Positions 23,084-37,800 of a stretch of DNA of 64,000 bases are shown piece by piece. Position numbers and translations under genes: made by a program. This DNA is from Pristiophorus japonicus (Eukaryota): contig NC_091993.1 of assembly GCF_044704955.1 (NCBI RefSeq), forward strand, positions 111,104,001 to 111,168,000, written 5' to 3'. The number at the start of each line of letters is the position of its first letter. Position 1 is the stretch's first letter. The notes beneath the pieces are model-generated. The model had not been told where the DNA came from, made no database searches, and worked only from the letters and a program-made list of their open reading frames with translations.

Positions 23084-23944
23084 CGTGAAAGCAGAAGGTA
23101 AGCATGATTATTATTCTAAGTAACCGATCAAAGCGGGCACCCTGCGTAAAACAATTATGTTCAGGTGGTGTAAAGTACCAGTGTAGTCTTCATTAGCAGC
23201 CCCTAAAGGAATACAGCTGGATTTGAAAGTAGACAGGTAAAAATAAACAAAATGCAGTTGGCTGGGTGTAAAATTTCAACACATCCTGACAATGTAGCAG
23301 CACATTGAGTGCTGGCCACTGAGTTGTAGGTTCATTTATAGTTTCAGTTGGGTTGAAATGGGTGGAATAATGGGTGGTATGCCCCTGCAGTTCACAGTCA
23401 CTGCAGCGCTGTGGTGTCATTGACTTCTGCAGTGACATTAGGGCACATTGACAAGACAGGGTTACTGAGTTATATTTGTGCCTAAGCTGTTTTTACACAT
23501 GTTCCAGAAATTGGTTGCAAAGTGGAATTGGGCGGAGGTCTGTGAGTGAGTTTCTGGTCAGTCCAGTTGTGTGATGAACTTGTATTGTTGAAGGAGAAGA
23601 AAGGAGAGTGTAATGTATGCACCTGTGAGTCAGCTCACATGATGTAAACAAGCCTCACTAACCTCAGTCAGTCGATTCTAGGTCATCCATGATGAGGTAT
23701 GCAGTTGTGAGCCCAGTGGATGAACTGGTAATGTGTAGAGTATTTATTAAACCTTTGTTAATAAACCAACTAGTTCTTAATAGCAATCTGTTGTTATGAA
23801 TTCTTAAGCAAAGAAGCCATGAAATAATTTCTAATTTAACATTAAGAAATAGACATAATATATAAGTTGTTTGTATGCATCTGATGTCACATTAAAATAT
23901 TATTGTTCAATAAGAGAACACAAAGATGCTCTTTATTTTTCCAG

Positions 23945-24124
23945 CCTGCAATCAATCTTTGTTGAATACCGATGAGGCTGTAACTGGCCTTCAGTTTAAT
24001 TACGGAAATGACACCACTTTGCGGATAAAGACCATTAAACTACAACATCTAATTTGTCTCAACTGAAGATAGCAATTGCAGTTAAAGCAGCAAAATAAAA
24101 TAATTGATTCCTGAAGATAACAGT
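23945..24124 (+). other. Putative non-coding terminal exon and poly(A) signal of copy B
   Basis: Donor at 23098, acceptor ending at 23944, AATAAA at 24094-24099 with a downstream GT-rich element. Confidence 0.55.
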
Positions 24125-25365
24125 TTACTTGTGTTTTGTTTATAAATTAAATGCAACAATTTTTGGTGAAAAGAATTTTGCTGCATGAATCCACTTCTGA
24201 TGTAACTGTTAACTGCAGAAGCAGCATTTCAAACCTTCACACAAACTCAAATCACAGCAATCTGATGTCTATAGGGATTCCTGCACTTCACAGGGAAAAT
24301 ATTGTTGGGTTCACCTCAGGAAGGAAAACTGGACTTAACTGAGTTTTCGTATTCTGCTTTCTACCAACTTTAATCCTGTTTCCACTATAAATTGATACCA
24401 ATCATTTACATAGTGGATTGACTAAGTGTTTGGGAGACAGATACTGGCGATGGAGGGTTGTGGGACAGGGTGGGGGTTGGGGAGAGGATTTTAATTGCCA
24501 GCAGCTTTCTGATTCACATCTGCCTGTGGCAAAATGCGGCTGCATTATGTTGATGCTGCTTTCTCTTGTCTGTGCAGGATATAGGTGCAAGCTACAGAGT
24601 ATTGTGCCAATGTATTTATCCACCCCTCCACCTGAAGGTTTGTGTGTGGTGCAAGTAACTATGAGACAAAGGGAATTAAAAATCCAAAACAAAATAGCAG
24701 AAAATCTTCATTCCAAGATTGCATCTCATTTTATTTTGTTTTTGTGCTCAAGGAAAGAGAAGTGTTACAGAGAGAGCAAAGGAATACAGGGGAAACAAGA
24801 CAGCTTTAACAAATCAAGCAGGATCATTGTTTACTGTGTCCAGAGACTGATTAGAAAATCACACAAATATTATGCTCAGGTTCTTAGTTGACACCATTGC
24901 ACCTGTTTCCAGTCCCACCCACTCCTTCCTTCGACGACTCTCTGTTCCACCTGTGACAGAGTCTGTGGCTCTTGTATTGGACTGTTCAGCTACCAAAGAA
25001 CTCACTTCAGGAGTGGAAGCAAGTCTTCCTCGATTCTGAGGGACTGCCAATGATGATGATGATGATGATGTTTCTATTGACAAATACTCAAATTATTCAA
25101 TGGTCTCTGATTCTCTGCTACTTTTTTTTAGTCATGAAACAACTTTTCTCTTAGACAAGTAATTTATCAAACAATCAGTTTAATAAAATGAAAATATAGC
25201 TGTGCTTACTGACAGCGCAATCTTACACAGCCACATTGAATTCCGATAAATACAATGACGGCCTAGCAGATTATCAAGTTCATTTTCATTTTACGTGCTT
25301 TTAATTTTCATTTATAGTTTGAGGCAATGTGTTGCAATCAAATCTATTTATTACTGTTACATTAA

Positions 25366-28300
25366 TTAAGTAATAAATCTGATGGTAGGATTATCCCCAA
25401 TACACTGGTAATATTTACTACGAACATTTGGACCAACATATAATCTGTCAGGCTTGCTTTGGCACCCTGCCTCCAAATTGCCTCCAGAAATAGTAGTTGT
25501 AGTAATGGTGGTTGGAGTGGTGGTAGTGGGAATAGTGGTTATAGGTGGTGATGCTGTACTGTTAGAAATTTAAGACTATCTCTGGTCACTTTAATAATCA
25601 GGATCGACTGTAAAACCAATCTGGTGGATATATTGTGCTTAATCAGAGGTTAAGACGGAATATAACACATTAGTTTTATAGCAAAAACATACAACCGTAA
25701 CAGGTAGTTGATACCGATTCTGACCGGACAAATGGCTGGCGCATGTGAGCAGTTCCCTGGCTTGCAGTCTCTTTCTCTCATCTCGAGCTTCCTTCGGTGA
25801 AGCATGGGATCAGTCTCGAAAAGTGTTCGACCAGCTAAACTTCTGTTTCGCCCTTCCCTCATACCACCTTTGAGATCAATCTTGAGGAGGCTACTTTTAT
25901 TCCATTTTTAGGGGTGGGCCTGACCCTGGATATTGACAAGACCTTTTGACCTTTAGAGGTTTCTCTAAAAACTTACTATCCAATAAGACTTCTAGTTCTT
26001 TGCCTCGATTCTTGTTTCAAGAACCCGCCTAAAAGATGTCTTATTTTGGCCACGTGTCACTCTGCACTAACACAGGGTTTCTTCCTGTGGAAATCACTCT
26101 CATCTCTCTCTTCCTGATCCTCTCCTTTGATCCCATGAAGCCAAATCATAAAACTGCTCGTTATCTCTTTTACGACGTAGCTACATTTTTATGTTAACAC
26201 TCTCAACTTCCATCCATTATTTTCGCCAGCAGTTTTGTTAAGGCAACTTCAAACTCTACCCTTCGTATTATACATAAAATACATAAACAAGGTTCAAGTC
26301 TTACCTTAAAAGCAACAGATAATCACATAGCAACAGGGATGGTACATAGTACAAAGAACTATACCCTCCATTTCTAAGCATGTCTCTGATTCGAATAGAC
26401 AGTCCGTCTGCTGTTTAAAACAATGAATTAAACACAGCATTCGTATCAGTTTTATACATTCGTAACAGTTTTATACATTTTTAGGCATCCCTGATTTCTA
26501 ACAGTACCTGATGGTAGCTCACATTCTGTAAAACAAAATGTGAATAGTATTTTAATGATTTGGATTTGATTATGTTGATTAAGATTTTCATTCTCTTGTC
26601 ATACTCGGTTGACCTCGCACATAAATACATTGTGAGAACAGGACAAGTGGGCACAAAGTCCGAGAATGCAAATTCAGGCCTGATATCGCAAATTTATCCT
26701 TCACAACAATTTACACTTACATAGCACCTTGAATGGAAAATATGCTGCACAGAGTCAGAAAACGATATTGAGCAGCAGCAGGAGAAACATCTGGAGGTGA
26801 CTGAGGCCATGGCGAAAGAGGAAGGATTTGAGGCTCTGTAGAGGGACAGGATGAAGAAGGCTTTAGGAACAGAGCTCCAGAGTGTAGGGCCAAGACAATT
26901 GAATGGACTGCCATTGTAGGTGGATTGGAGGAAGGGAGAATACAGAGACAAGAGCTGGACGAGTAGAGGATGCATGTGAGCACGTTGGCCTGAAGGAGGT
27001 TGCAGAGGAAGAATGGGTTGAGGCCATGGAGGGATTTGTAAATCAGGTTGAGAACTTTGCTTTTGCATTTGACACAACACCTTCTCCCAACTAACTTACA
27101 CCATCATTTGTAATTTACAATCTCGACATATTGATAGAGCTTGACATTGCCATTATTTGTGTAATATTTAACTGTTTGCAATAATACTACACAATCTCCC
27201 ATGACATTGCACACGGGCAGTGAAGACCAAGTGTAGCCTTTCGGCAGGAGCTGGGTTAGCGGGTGGGGATAATTGGACCAGGGACCGCTGATGCAATGCG
27301 GTCCTCAATGAAAGTCATGCATTATGTCATTTTCATAAAAATACTTTTGTTTTATATTAATTATAGTAAAACAGAAAAAATTATGACAAATTTGAAGGAG
27401 AGAAGTAGAGTTTGTCAGTACAGAAGTGTTTCTCTGCAGTGCAGCTGAGGAATGGAGATGCCGATCTGAGGCGTATCAGCGCCACCACTGATGGGAGTGT
27501 GTAATTACAGTCTGAGAAGTTGATAGAGGCAGTTTCCTTTAGAACTGTGGACAGGGGAGTTTAAAATGGAAAAGGTAGGCACGAGCATGAGAACAAGAAG
27601 CGAGGCTTTGCATACAGGAAATGCATGCAGACTTAAGGTTTGTTAACAGATTATAGATAGGAGCAATAGGATACATGTTAAAAATAATCTCTTTACCTAT
27701 ATCTCTTCACTTTAAATAATCAGGTTTGAGTGCAATCCAATATGGTGGGTAGATTGTGTTTAAGACGAAATATCACACATTAGTTATACAGCAAAACATA
27801 TGACCGTGACGAGTATCTGACACCAATCTGATCGTACAGATGTTTGACACACTTGACCATCATCATCATAGGCAGTCCCTTGGAATCGAGGAAACACAGA
27901 AACATAGAAAATAGATGCAGGAGTAGGCCATTCGGCCCTTCGAGCCTGCATCGCCATTCAATAAGATCATGGCTGATCATTCCTTCAGTACCCCTTTCCT
28001 GCTTTCCCTCCATACCCATTGATCCCCTTAGCCGTAAGGGCCATATCTAACTCCCTCTTGAATATATCCAATGAACTGGCATCAACAACTCTCTGCGACA
28101 GGGAATTCCACAGGTTAACAACTTTCTGAGTGAAGAAGTTTCTCCTCATCTCAGTCCTAAATGGCCTACCCCTTATCCTAAGACTATGTCCCCTGGTTCT
28201 GGACTTCCCCAACATCGGGAACATTCTTCCCGCATCTAACCTGTCCAGTCCCGTCAAAATCTTATACGTTTCTATGAGATCCCTTCTCATCCTTCTAAAC

Positions 28301-30660
28301 TCCAGTGAATAGAGGCCCAGTTGATCCAGTCTCTCCTCATATGACAGTTCAGCCATCCCTGGAATTAGTCTGGTGAACCTTCGCTGCACTCCCGCAATAG
28401 CAAGAATGTCCTTCCTCAGATTAGGAGACCAAAACTGAACACAATATTCCAGGTGAGGCCTCATTAAGGCCCTGTACAACTGCAGTAAGACCTCCCTGCT
28501 CCAATACTCAAATCGCTGAGGGGATTTGTAGGATCTTGCGGAGACATCGCTGGTGGTATTACTCCAGCGACTTGAGGTGTCTATTGCACATGGTGCACGT
28601 CTCTGAGCCATACAGGAGGGTGGGTATTACCACAGCCCAGTAGACCATGAGCTTGGTGACAGTTTTGAGGGCTTGATCTTCAAACACTCTCTTCCTCAGG
28701 CAGCCGAAGGCTGCACTGGCGCACTGGAGGCGGTGTTGGATCTCGTCGTCACTGTCTGCCCTTGTTGCTAGGAGGCTCCCAAGATAAGAGAAGTGGTCTA
28801 CGTTGTCCAGGGCCGCGCCGTGGATCTTGATGATTGGGGGGTAATGCTATCCGCTGAGGATAGGCTGGTGGAGGACCTTTGACTTACTGATGTTTAGCGT
28901 AAGGCCCATGCTTTCATACGCCTCGGTAAATACGTCGACTATGTCCTGGAGTTCACCCTCTGTGTGTGCACAGACGCAGGTGCCGTCCGCATACTGTAGC
29001 TCGATGACAGAGGTTGGAGTGGTCTTGGACCTGGCCTGGAGATGGCGAAGGTTGAACAGCTTCCCACTGGTTCTGTAGTTTAGTACCACTCCAGCGTGGA
29101 GCTCGTCAACTGTGAGGTGGAGCATGGCAGCGCGGAAGATTGAGAAGAGGGTTGGAGCGAAGACGCAGCCCTGCTTCACCCCGGTCCAGATGTGGATTGG
29201 GTCTGTGATGGATCCGTTGGTAAGGACCATGGCCTGCATGTCGTCATGTGGTAACGTACTTTTAGGGGCATCCGAAACAGAGGAGGACGCTCCATGGACC
29301 CTCGCGGTTGACAGTGTCAAAGGCCTTTGTAAGGTCGAAGAAGGCCATGTATAAGGGCTGGCGCTGTACCCTGCATTTTTCCTGCAGCTGTCGTGCTGCA
29401 AAGTTCATGTCCGTTGTGCCCCAGAGGGGATGAAATCTGCACTGCAACTCCGGGAGCAGCTCTTCGGCCATGGGGAGAAGATGGTTGAGGAGGACTCTCG
29501 CGACAACTTTCCCAGTGGCTGATAGCAGGGCAATTCCTCTGTAGTTGCCGCAGTCCGACTTGTCCCCTTTTTCAAAGATGGTCACAATTACTGCATCTCT
29601 AAGATCTCCCGGCATGCACTCCACCCTCCAGACGAGAGAGGTGAGGTTGTGTATTCGCCTCAGCAGGGATTCCATCCACTCCCGTAGCTTGTTTGTTAGC
29701 TGCCTTTCAACCTCTTCCTTGCAGCCTCTTTCTCTTAATCTAAAGCTTACTTTGCTTTCTCTCTCTCTTCTATCTGTGAGCTCCCTTTTCCCTCTCTTAC
29801 TTCCGTCTGTAAGGCTAAGCTTCTGGGAGGTCACATTTAACCTATTTTTAGGGGTGGGCCTGAACCGGGATATTGACCAGACCTTTTGACCTATAGAGGT
29901 TTCCCTAAAACTTTAATACCCAATGGCGTATTGTGTTCTTTGTCTCGATTCTTGTGTCAAAGCCTGCCATTAATATTTTGGCAACATTTCCTTCTCTGTT
30001 TACACTTTCCCAGGCTTCGTTCTTTGAAATTCGTATCTTATGTCTTTCGTCCTTATCCTGCCTTTTGATCTCATGAGGCCCAAGCCAGAAACCTGTTCGC
30101 TTCAGAGTGTTACCTCCTTTATGACATAACAAATTGTCCTGTGTTTACGCTAAATTCTACCAAACTTCCTTCCATTATCTTTGCAAGCAGTTCTGTTGAG
30201 CTAACTTCAAATCCTACCTTAGCATTGTACATAAAATACATAAACAAGGCTCAAGTCTTAACTTAATAAAACAACAGATAATCGCTCAGCAACAGAGAGA
30301 ATGTATATAGTACAAAGAACCCATGCCATCCACCGGAAACCAAGACATTAGCATTTCTAAGCATCGATCTGGTCCGAAGAGACTTTTTATCTGCAATTTG
30401 AACATCAGAGTTTAAACACAGCATTTTTTCACAACACAGCTTTAATCGCATAACCATATGCATTTTTAGGCATCTATAGTTTCTAACATGCAGTTCAGTT
30501 TTAGTTGGGTTACATATAATAATTAATCCAAACCATTGAGGAGCATCAATGTGTTGATCAAAGGGCAAATTCCGTCATTGAATTTACTTCCACTGAAATC
30601 ATCCAGATCCAAAGCCCACACCATGGCACCGCAAAATTTGTTACCCTTCAGCCATTGAGC
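25366..30660 (-). pseudogene. Inverted chitinase pseudogene fragment, unit 2
   Basis: Exon-10 relic at 30514-30660 and exon-11 relic at 25366-26525, split by the LTR at 25560-26503. Confidence 0.88.
25560..26503. mobile_element. Solo-LTR-like insertion, unit 2 copy
   Basis: Same termini and GTAC target-site duplication as 4057-5000. Confidence 0.8.
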
Positions 30661-30849
30661 CGACAGTTAAAAAGATACTAAAATACAATTGAGAAGTGCT
30701 TTTTGTTAAATAAAATTAACATTTTATTGAAAATCTAATGCTTTTCCTGCTAAAATACTGCATGGGTTAAAAACTGATATATAGAAGGTGCTCGAATGAC
30801 TGGGTGTACTTAAAGCGGATAAGTCACCAGGACCGAATGGGATGCATTC

Positions 30850-32200
30850 AAGGATGTCATAGCAGCGCATTTGGAAAGAGGTGACATGATAGATCCAAGT
30901 CAGCATGGATTTGTGAAAGGGAAATCATGCTTGACAAAGCTTCTGGAATTTTTTGAGGATGTTTCCAGTAGAGTGGACAAGGGAGAACCAGTTGATGTGG
31001 TATATTTGGAGTTTCAGAAGGCTTTCGACAAGGTCCCACACAAGAAATGAATGTGCAAAGTTAAAGCACATGGGATTGGGGGTAGTGTGCTGACATGGAT
31101 TGTGAACTGGTTGTCAGACAGGAAGCAAAGAGTAGGAGTAAATGGGGACTTTTCAGAATGGCAGGCAGTGACTAGTGGGGTACCGCAAGGTTCTGTGCTG
31201 GGGCCCCAGCTGTTTACACTGTAAATTAATGATTTAGACGAGGGGATTAAATGTAGTATCTCCAAATTTGCGGATGACACTAAGTTGGGTGGCAGTGTGA
31301 GCTGCGAGGAGGATGCTATGATGCTGCAGAGCGACTTGGATAGATTAGGTGAGTGGGCAAATGCATGGCAGATGAAGTATAATGTGGATAAATGTGAGGT
31401 TATCCACTTTGGTGGTAAAAACAGAGAGACAGACTATTATCTGAATGGTGACAGATTAGGAAGAGGGGAGGTGAACGAGACCTGGGTGTCATGGTACATC
31501 AGTCATTGAAGGTTGGCATGCAGGTACAGCAGGCGGTTAAGAAAGCAAATGGCATGTTGGCCTTCATAGCGAGGGGATTTGAGTACAAGGGCAGGGAGGT
31601 GTTGCTACAATTGTACAGGGCCTTGGTGAGGCCACACCTGGAGTATTGTGTACAGTTTTGGTCTCCTAACCTGAGGAAGGACATTCTTGCTATTGAGGGA
31701 GTGCAGCGAAGGTTCACCAGACTGATTCCCGGGATGGCGGGACTGACCTATCAAGAAAGACTGGATCAACTGGGCTTGTATTCACTGAAGTTCAGAAGAA
31801 TGAGAAGGGACCTCATAGAAACGTTTAAAATTCTGACGGGTTTAGACAGGTTAGATGCAGGAAGAATGTTCCCAATGTTGGGGAAGTCCAGAACCAGGGG
31901 ACACAGTCTAAGGATAAGGGGGAAGCCATTTAGGACCGAGATGAGGAGGAATTTCTTCACCCAGAGAGTGGTGAACCTGTGGAATTCTCTACCACAGAAA
32001 GTTGTTGAGGCCAATTCACTAAATATATTCAAAAAGGAGTTAGATGAAGTCCTTACTACTAGGGGAATCAAGGGGTATGGTGAGAAAGCAGGAATGAGGT
32101 ACTGAAGTTGCATGTTCAGCCATGAACTCATTGAATGGCGGTGCAGGCTAGAAGGGCCGAATGGCCTACTCCTGCACCTATTTTCTATCCATGTTTCTAA
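30850..32200 (+). mobile_element. CR1 LINE, 5'-truncated, chimeric, with stops and a frameshift
   Basis: Same position as 9347-10700. The RT motifs are broken by TGA/TAA stops and a 1-nt deletion near 31474. Confidence 0.92.
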
Positions 32201-34692
32201 GTTATGATGAACCTTTATAAACCACTGGTTCGGCCTTAACTGGAGTATTGTGTCCAATTGTGGGAACTGCAGTTTAGGAACAATGTGAAGGCCTTAGAGG
32301 GGGTGCAGAAAAGATTTACAAGACTGATTCCAGGAATGAGGGACTTCAGTTACGTGGATCGACTGGAGAAGCTGGGGTTGCTCTACTTCGAGCAGGGAAA
32401 GCTGAGAGGAAATTTGATACAGGTGTTCAAAACCTTGAGGGGTCGAGATAGAGTAGATAGAGTGAAATTGTTCCCATTGGCAGAATGACCGAGACCAGAG
32501 GACACAGATTTAAGGTGATTGGCAGAAGAACCAAAGGCGACATGAGGAAAAACCTTTTTTCGCAGTGGGTGGTCAGGATCTGGAATTCACTTCCTGAAAG
32601 GGTGATGGGGGCAGATGCAATTCCGATGCTGAGCCTGCCTGCAGGTCGGTCTGGGGATGGTGGGGGAGTGAAGCTACTGGGTGCGGGACTGGACCGGCAA
32701 TAATGTTGTGGAGCCAGGAGCAGCACGTTACCCTCCTGGGCCAACAGAACAACTGGGTGGAGCCAACTGCAAAGGGGATGGAGTATAAAAGCAGGGAAGT
32801 CTTGCTACAGTTGTACAGAATATTGACGATGCCACACCTGGAATACTGCGTGCAGTTTTGGTTTTCATATTTACGAAAGGATATACATGCTTTGGAGGCA
32901 GTTCAGAGAAGGTTCACAAGGTTGATTCCGGAGATGAGGGGGTTGACTTATGAGAAAAGATTGAGTAGGTTGGGCGTCTACTCATTGGAATTCGGAAGAA
33001 TGAGAGGCAATCTTATCGAAGCGTATAAGATAATGAGGGGGCTTGAATAGGTGGATGTAGAGAGGATGTTTCCACTAATGGGGGAGACTAGAACTAGAGG
33101 GCATGATCTTAGAATAAGGGGCCACCCATTTAAAACTGAGATGAGGAGAAATTTCTTCTCTCAGAGGGTTGTAAATCTGTGGAATTCGCTGCCTCAGAGA
33201 GCTGTGGAAGCTGGGACATTGAATAAATTTAAGATAGAACTAGGCAGTTTCTTAAACGTTAAGGGGATAAGGGGTTATGGGGAGCGGAGCTGAGACCATG
33301 ACCAGATCAGCCATGGTCTTATTAAATGGCGGAGCAGGCTCGAGGGGCAGTATGGCCTACTCCTGTTCCTATTTCTTATGTTCTTATGTTCTTATTAGCT
33401 CCGCACATTTGCAAATCAATTTTGATCGGGATCCTAAACCTGGCAGAAAGATTTGAATCTGCGAGGTGCTTAACTTATGTTTCAGGCAGATGCCCTGCAC
33501 ACCTAGTCGCTGCTTCCAATCAATGGTTTCATAAAGCAAAAATGTATGAAAATACATGTTAAGCCAAAGATGCCCCTGCCAAGCCAGCAACTTTGGGCAG
33601 AAAAATATATAAAGCAAGTGGGTACACTGTGAAAGTGAGATCATTGAAAGGCAGAAGCGTCAGTAACCAGAGGACACCGATTTAAGGTGATTGCCAAAAG
33701 AAGCAGAGGTGACACGAGGAAACATTTTTTTACACAGCAAGTTGTTGTGCTCTGAACTGCACTGCCTGAAAGGGTGGTGGAAGCAGATTTAATAGTAACA
33801 TTCATAAGAGAATTGGATGAATACTTAAAGAGAAAACATTTACAGGGCTAGGGGGACAGAGCAAGGGAGTGAGATTAATTGGATAGCTCTGTGAAAGAGC
33901 CTGGCACAGGCACGATAGGCTAAAGGGTCACCTTCTGTGCTGTATCATTCTACGATTCTATGATAAGCAGGCCTGTGCTGACAGTCCTTGTTATCACCAG
34001 AAATAGGAGCAGGTGTTGCCTCGAGCCCGCTCTGCATGCTTCATTTTATTTATCAACCATTTTCTTGGCACTTACATGTACCTTATCTTCATGTTTACAT
34101 ATTGTTCTGAGCACCTTGTTTGGAAAACTGTTCCTTCATAACAGTAATCAGGATTTTTTTCCCTAAGTTTTCAGAGCACTGTGACCCAGAAATTCAGCTG
34201 CAGAGCACCGTTTTTCAGGCGCTAAATGGCCTACTATGCAGGCAGGAAGCATGTGCACATTTCCGGCTGGAAGTGCGCCGCTCGCTACATGAGATTAACT
34301 GGCTACTCTGGTGTCAGGAACGCACGTCGGGAACATTGAAAGGGGGAAATAATTCATTTATATTCGGGTCCCGCATGTCTTGCCGGATTAGTTTACGATT
34401 TCCAAATTGCCCAGCGCTTCACTCGCCCCGTGCTGAACTTGCACAGCGCAGCGTGATGCTAACCAGCAGGAAGGCCCCCATACTTACCTGGACGTGGAGC
34501 CTGCAGTTTTCCTGCTCCTCCCCATCCCGCATTAAAGGAACGTAGGCCGCTCGCTCTCCCCACCGATTCCTAGGCCTCTGTCTTTAGTCCAAAAGCAGGT
34601 TTGAGGTTACAGTGAAGGTTGGCAATCTAGATGACATTGCCGAGGGAATAACGTGTTATTCAAGAGAAGGTAAAGATCACATTATGTAGGTA

Positions 34693-34796
34693 AGATAAGA
34701 ACTGTTATTTTTCCATTAAGACTGGTCTTTTTCCAGTGATAACGTACTATAGCGTATGGGATTATTTATCACTAAAATAAACTCAGTGTATAAAAG
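34693..34796 (+). promoter_or_regulatory. Proximal promoter of copy C (TATA + GATA)
   Basis: Same motifs as the copy B promoter, with TATAAAAG at 34789. Confidence 0.7.
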
Positions 34797-34830
34797 AGGG
34801 AGTTGATCTCCACAACACACCAGTTACAAG

Positions 34831-37800
34831 ATGGCAAAGCTCCTGGTTGCAACAGGTAAGCATGTTTTACCATTTCATTACTTTCGATGTTGTAAGATTT
34901 TTCAGAAAATTTAGCTCTAAGATACCAATGGGGAATAGAACAAAGTGAAGACTCTTTTCTCAAAGTCAAGTCTAATTAAAAAAGATTTGATTTTCTTTCT
35001 GTGTTATCTGAAGATACGTTACTGTTGATAGCACGCTGCTAAGTGCATGTTTTGACCAAAATTAACAGCAACAACAACAACTTGTATTTATATAGTGCCT
35101 TTAACATAGTGAAACATCCCAGGGTGCTTCACAGGAGTATTGAGAGACAAAAAGTTTGACCCCAAGCCACATATTAAGGCAGGTGACCAAAAGCTTTGTC
35201 AAAGAGGAAGGTTTTAAGGATGGTCTTGAAGAAGGAAAGAGAGGTAGAGAGGCACTCCAAATGACCCAACCCCATCGGATTATCTCCCTCCTGTTCCCCA
35301 ATAAATGCTCTTTGACTGTACCGTGCATCATTATACTTCTGTTGTGATCAGATACAAGCAAGCAGGTGACCAAAAGTGATTCTGAGTCAATTCTCAGGTC
35401 TACCAGCTTCAGTTTTTAACTAATTGCGAAATGAACGTGAACAAATGGGGTTAAATTGTAATGAGTGATAGCAGTAGAATTGCATGAAGTGGAAGGAGGC
35501 TGTCTGTGTGATGGAGAGAATATGGGCTTGGAAGTTCCATTTGTGATTGAATACGACACGCGTTTGCGAGCAATCTGGTTCAGCCTGAGACTGTAGCCAG
35601 GAACGAGTTGATGGCAAAATTGGGGATGGGAGCCAAAGATGAAAACTTCGCTCATTCCAATGTTTAGCTGGAAAAAAATTGTGACTCATCCAAAACTGGT
35701 TGTTGGACAAGTTATCAGACAGTACAGGGGCACTGGAGGTGTGAAGAAGGTTGGTGGTGAGGTAGAGCCGATGTCATCAACGTACATCATCATCATCATC
35801 ATAGGCAGTCCCTCGGAATCGAGGAAGACTTGCTTCCACTCTTGAAGTGAGTTCTTTGGTGGCTGAACAGTCCAATACGAGAGCCACAGACTCTGTCACA
35901 GGTGGGACAGATAGTTGTTGAGGGAAGGGGTAGGTGGGACTGCTTTGCCGCATGCTCTTTCCGCTGTCTGCGCTTGATTTCTGCATGCTCTCGCCATTGA
36001 GGCTTGAGATGCTCAGCAGCCTCTCGGATGCACTTCCTCCACTTAGGGCGGTCTTGGGCCAGGGACTCCCAGGTGTCAGTGGGGATGTTGCACTTTATCA
36101 GGGAGGCTTTGAGGGTGTCCTTGTACTGTTTCCGCTGCCCACCTTTGGCTCGTTTGCCATGAAGGAGCTCCGAGTAGAGCACTTGCTTTGGTAGTCTCGT
36201 GTCTGGCATGCGGACTATGTGGCCTGCCCAGCGGAGCTGATCGAGTGTGGTCAGTGCTTCAATGCTGGGGATGTTAGTCTACATCAACGTACATGTGGAT
36301 GCTGACCCCATGTCTGCAGATTATGTCGTTAAAGGGCAGCATATAGGTGAGGTAAAGGATTGTGCCAAGGATAGGTTCTTGTGGGCTCCCAGCCACACAT
36401 ATAATAGGCTCATTGTGTATCCTTGAATCTTTAAGCATATTTTGATCATAATTCTAAAACTTACTTTATATCCTTTATTGCAGTGGTGGTCTTGTTGGCG
36501 TGCCTGGAACTGGGTAAGTCTTTGTGCATTTCAAGCGTTCCTTTATTTTAATGTAATGTGTGGAAGCACTGTCCTGATTTCCATTTCTCCCCACTCACAG
36601 GCTCTGCCTACAGACTGGTTTGTTACTTTACAAACTGGGCTCAGTACAGGCCAGGAGCGGGGAAGTACAAGCCGGAGAATGTGGACCCTTGCTTGTGCAC
36701 ACATCTGATCTACGCTTTTGCTGGGATGAAGGACAATCAAATCGCCACCTATGAATGGAACGATGTTACTCTCTACCACTCATTCAATTCCCTTAAAAAC
36801 AAGTATAATTATGCTATAAATATTGACAATGTACCTGAAATACTAAGCATTGTTTGATGTCTGTGTTATATTTTGTTTTATATTCCAAAATTGTGCCCAT
36901 TTATATAAAATATAACTTGTCTGACCCAGCCAGAGAGGTGATATATGTGTAGAATTGGCTTACGATTTGCGTCTCACAAGTGGAGATTGAGTCAATGCCC
37001 AATGGTTCTGACAATGCCCAATGTAGAATGAAGCATATCATGATATCACCACGTAAACAAAAACACCTATTCATTCAACAACGCAATGCGCAACCCTTAG
37101 GCCGGTCTATCAAAGTAACAAGTTGTTTTAATGGGTGTGCAGCTAGATTATACTTGCCACATGCACTGAACTTTGCACTTGCTTCTGAATCTCAGAGTAC
37201 ACTGGAGCACATGCACACATGTGTGCCGTGCAAAGTGCAGTGCGTACACACCTGCATATGTACAGTGACACTGGGTATCGGAGATAGCTGGAACAATCAG
37301 TCTGCTCACCAACACCGGGTGAGTGAGATGACATTATTTAATGCACTTTAATTGTTCCAGACTGCTACAAAGGCACAGATCAACTCATATTTTCACAAAA
37401 AACCACCCCGCCCCAGTTTTGTATCCCCAATTGTTAGTGATTCTGTCCCCCTGTTTTAAAACTCCTCTCTTGTCATTTTCCCTACTCTGCCTTAGAGGAC
37501 AGCTAGGTGACTTGCTCCCAGGGCTATGCAGGTGATGTTCATTGGAAGCTGCATAAATGTGGTGCAGAGAGATTTGTCAGTAAATGTGTGTTCTGCATTC
37601 AGGTACTTCCATTTAACCAAATTCAATCGCACAAGGAGAAAGCAGTTAAAGATGAGAACAGTAATGATTTTCAGCAATTACTGAAGTGTTATTAAATGCA
37701 TTTGCTTATGTTCTAATTTTACAACAGAAATGGAAACCTTAAGACACTTCTGTCCATCGGAGGCTGGAACTTTGGAACTCAGAAGTAAGATGGAAATATT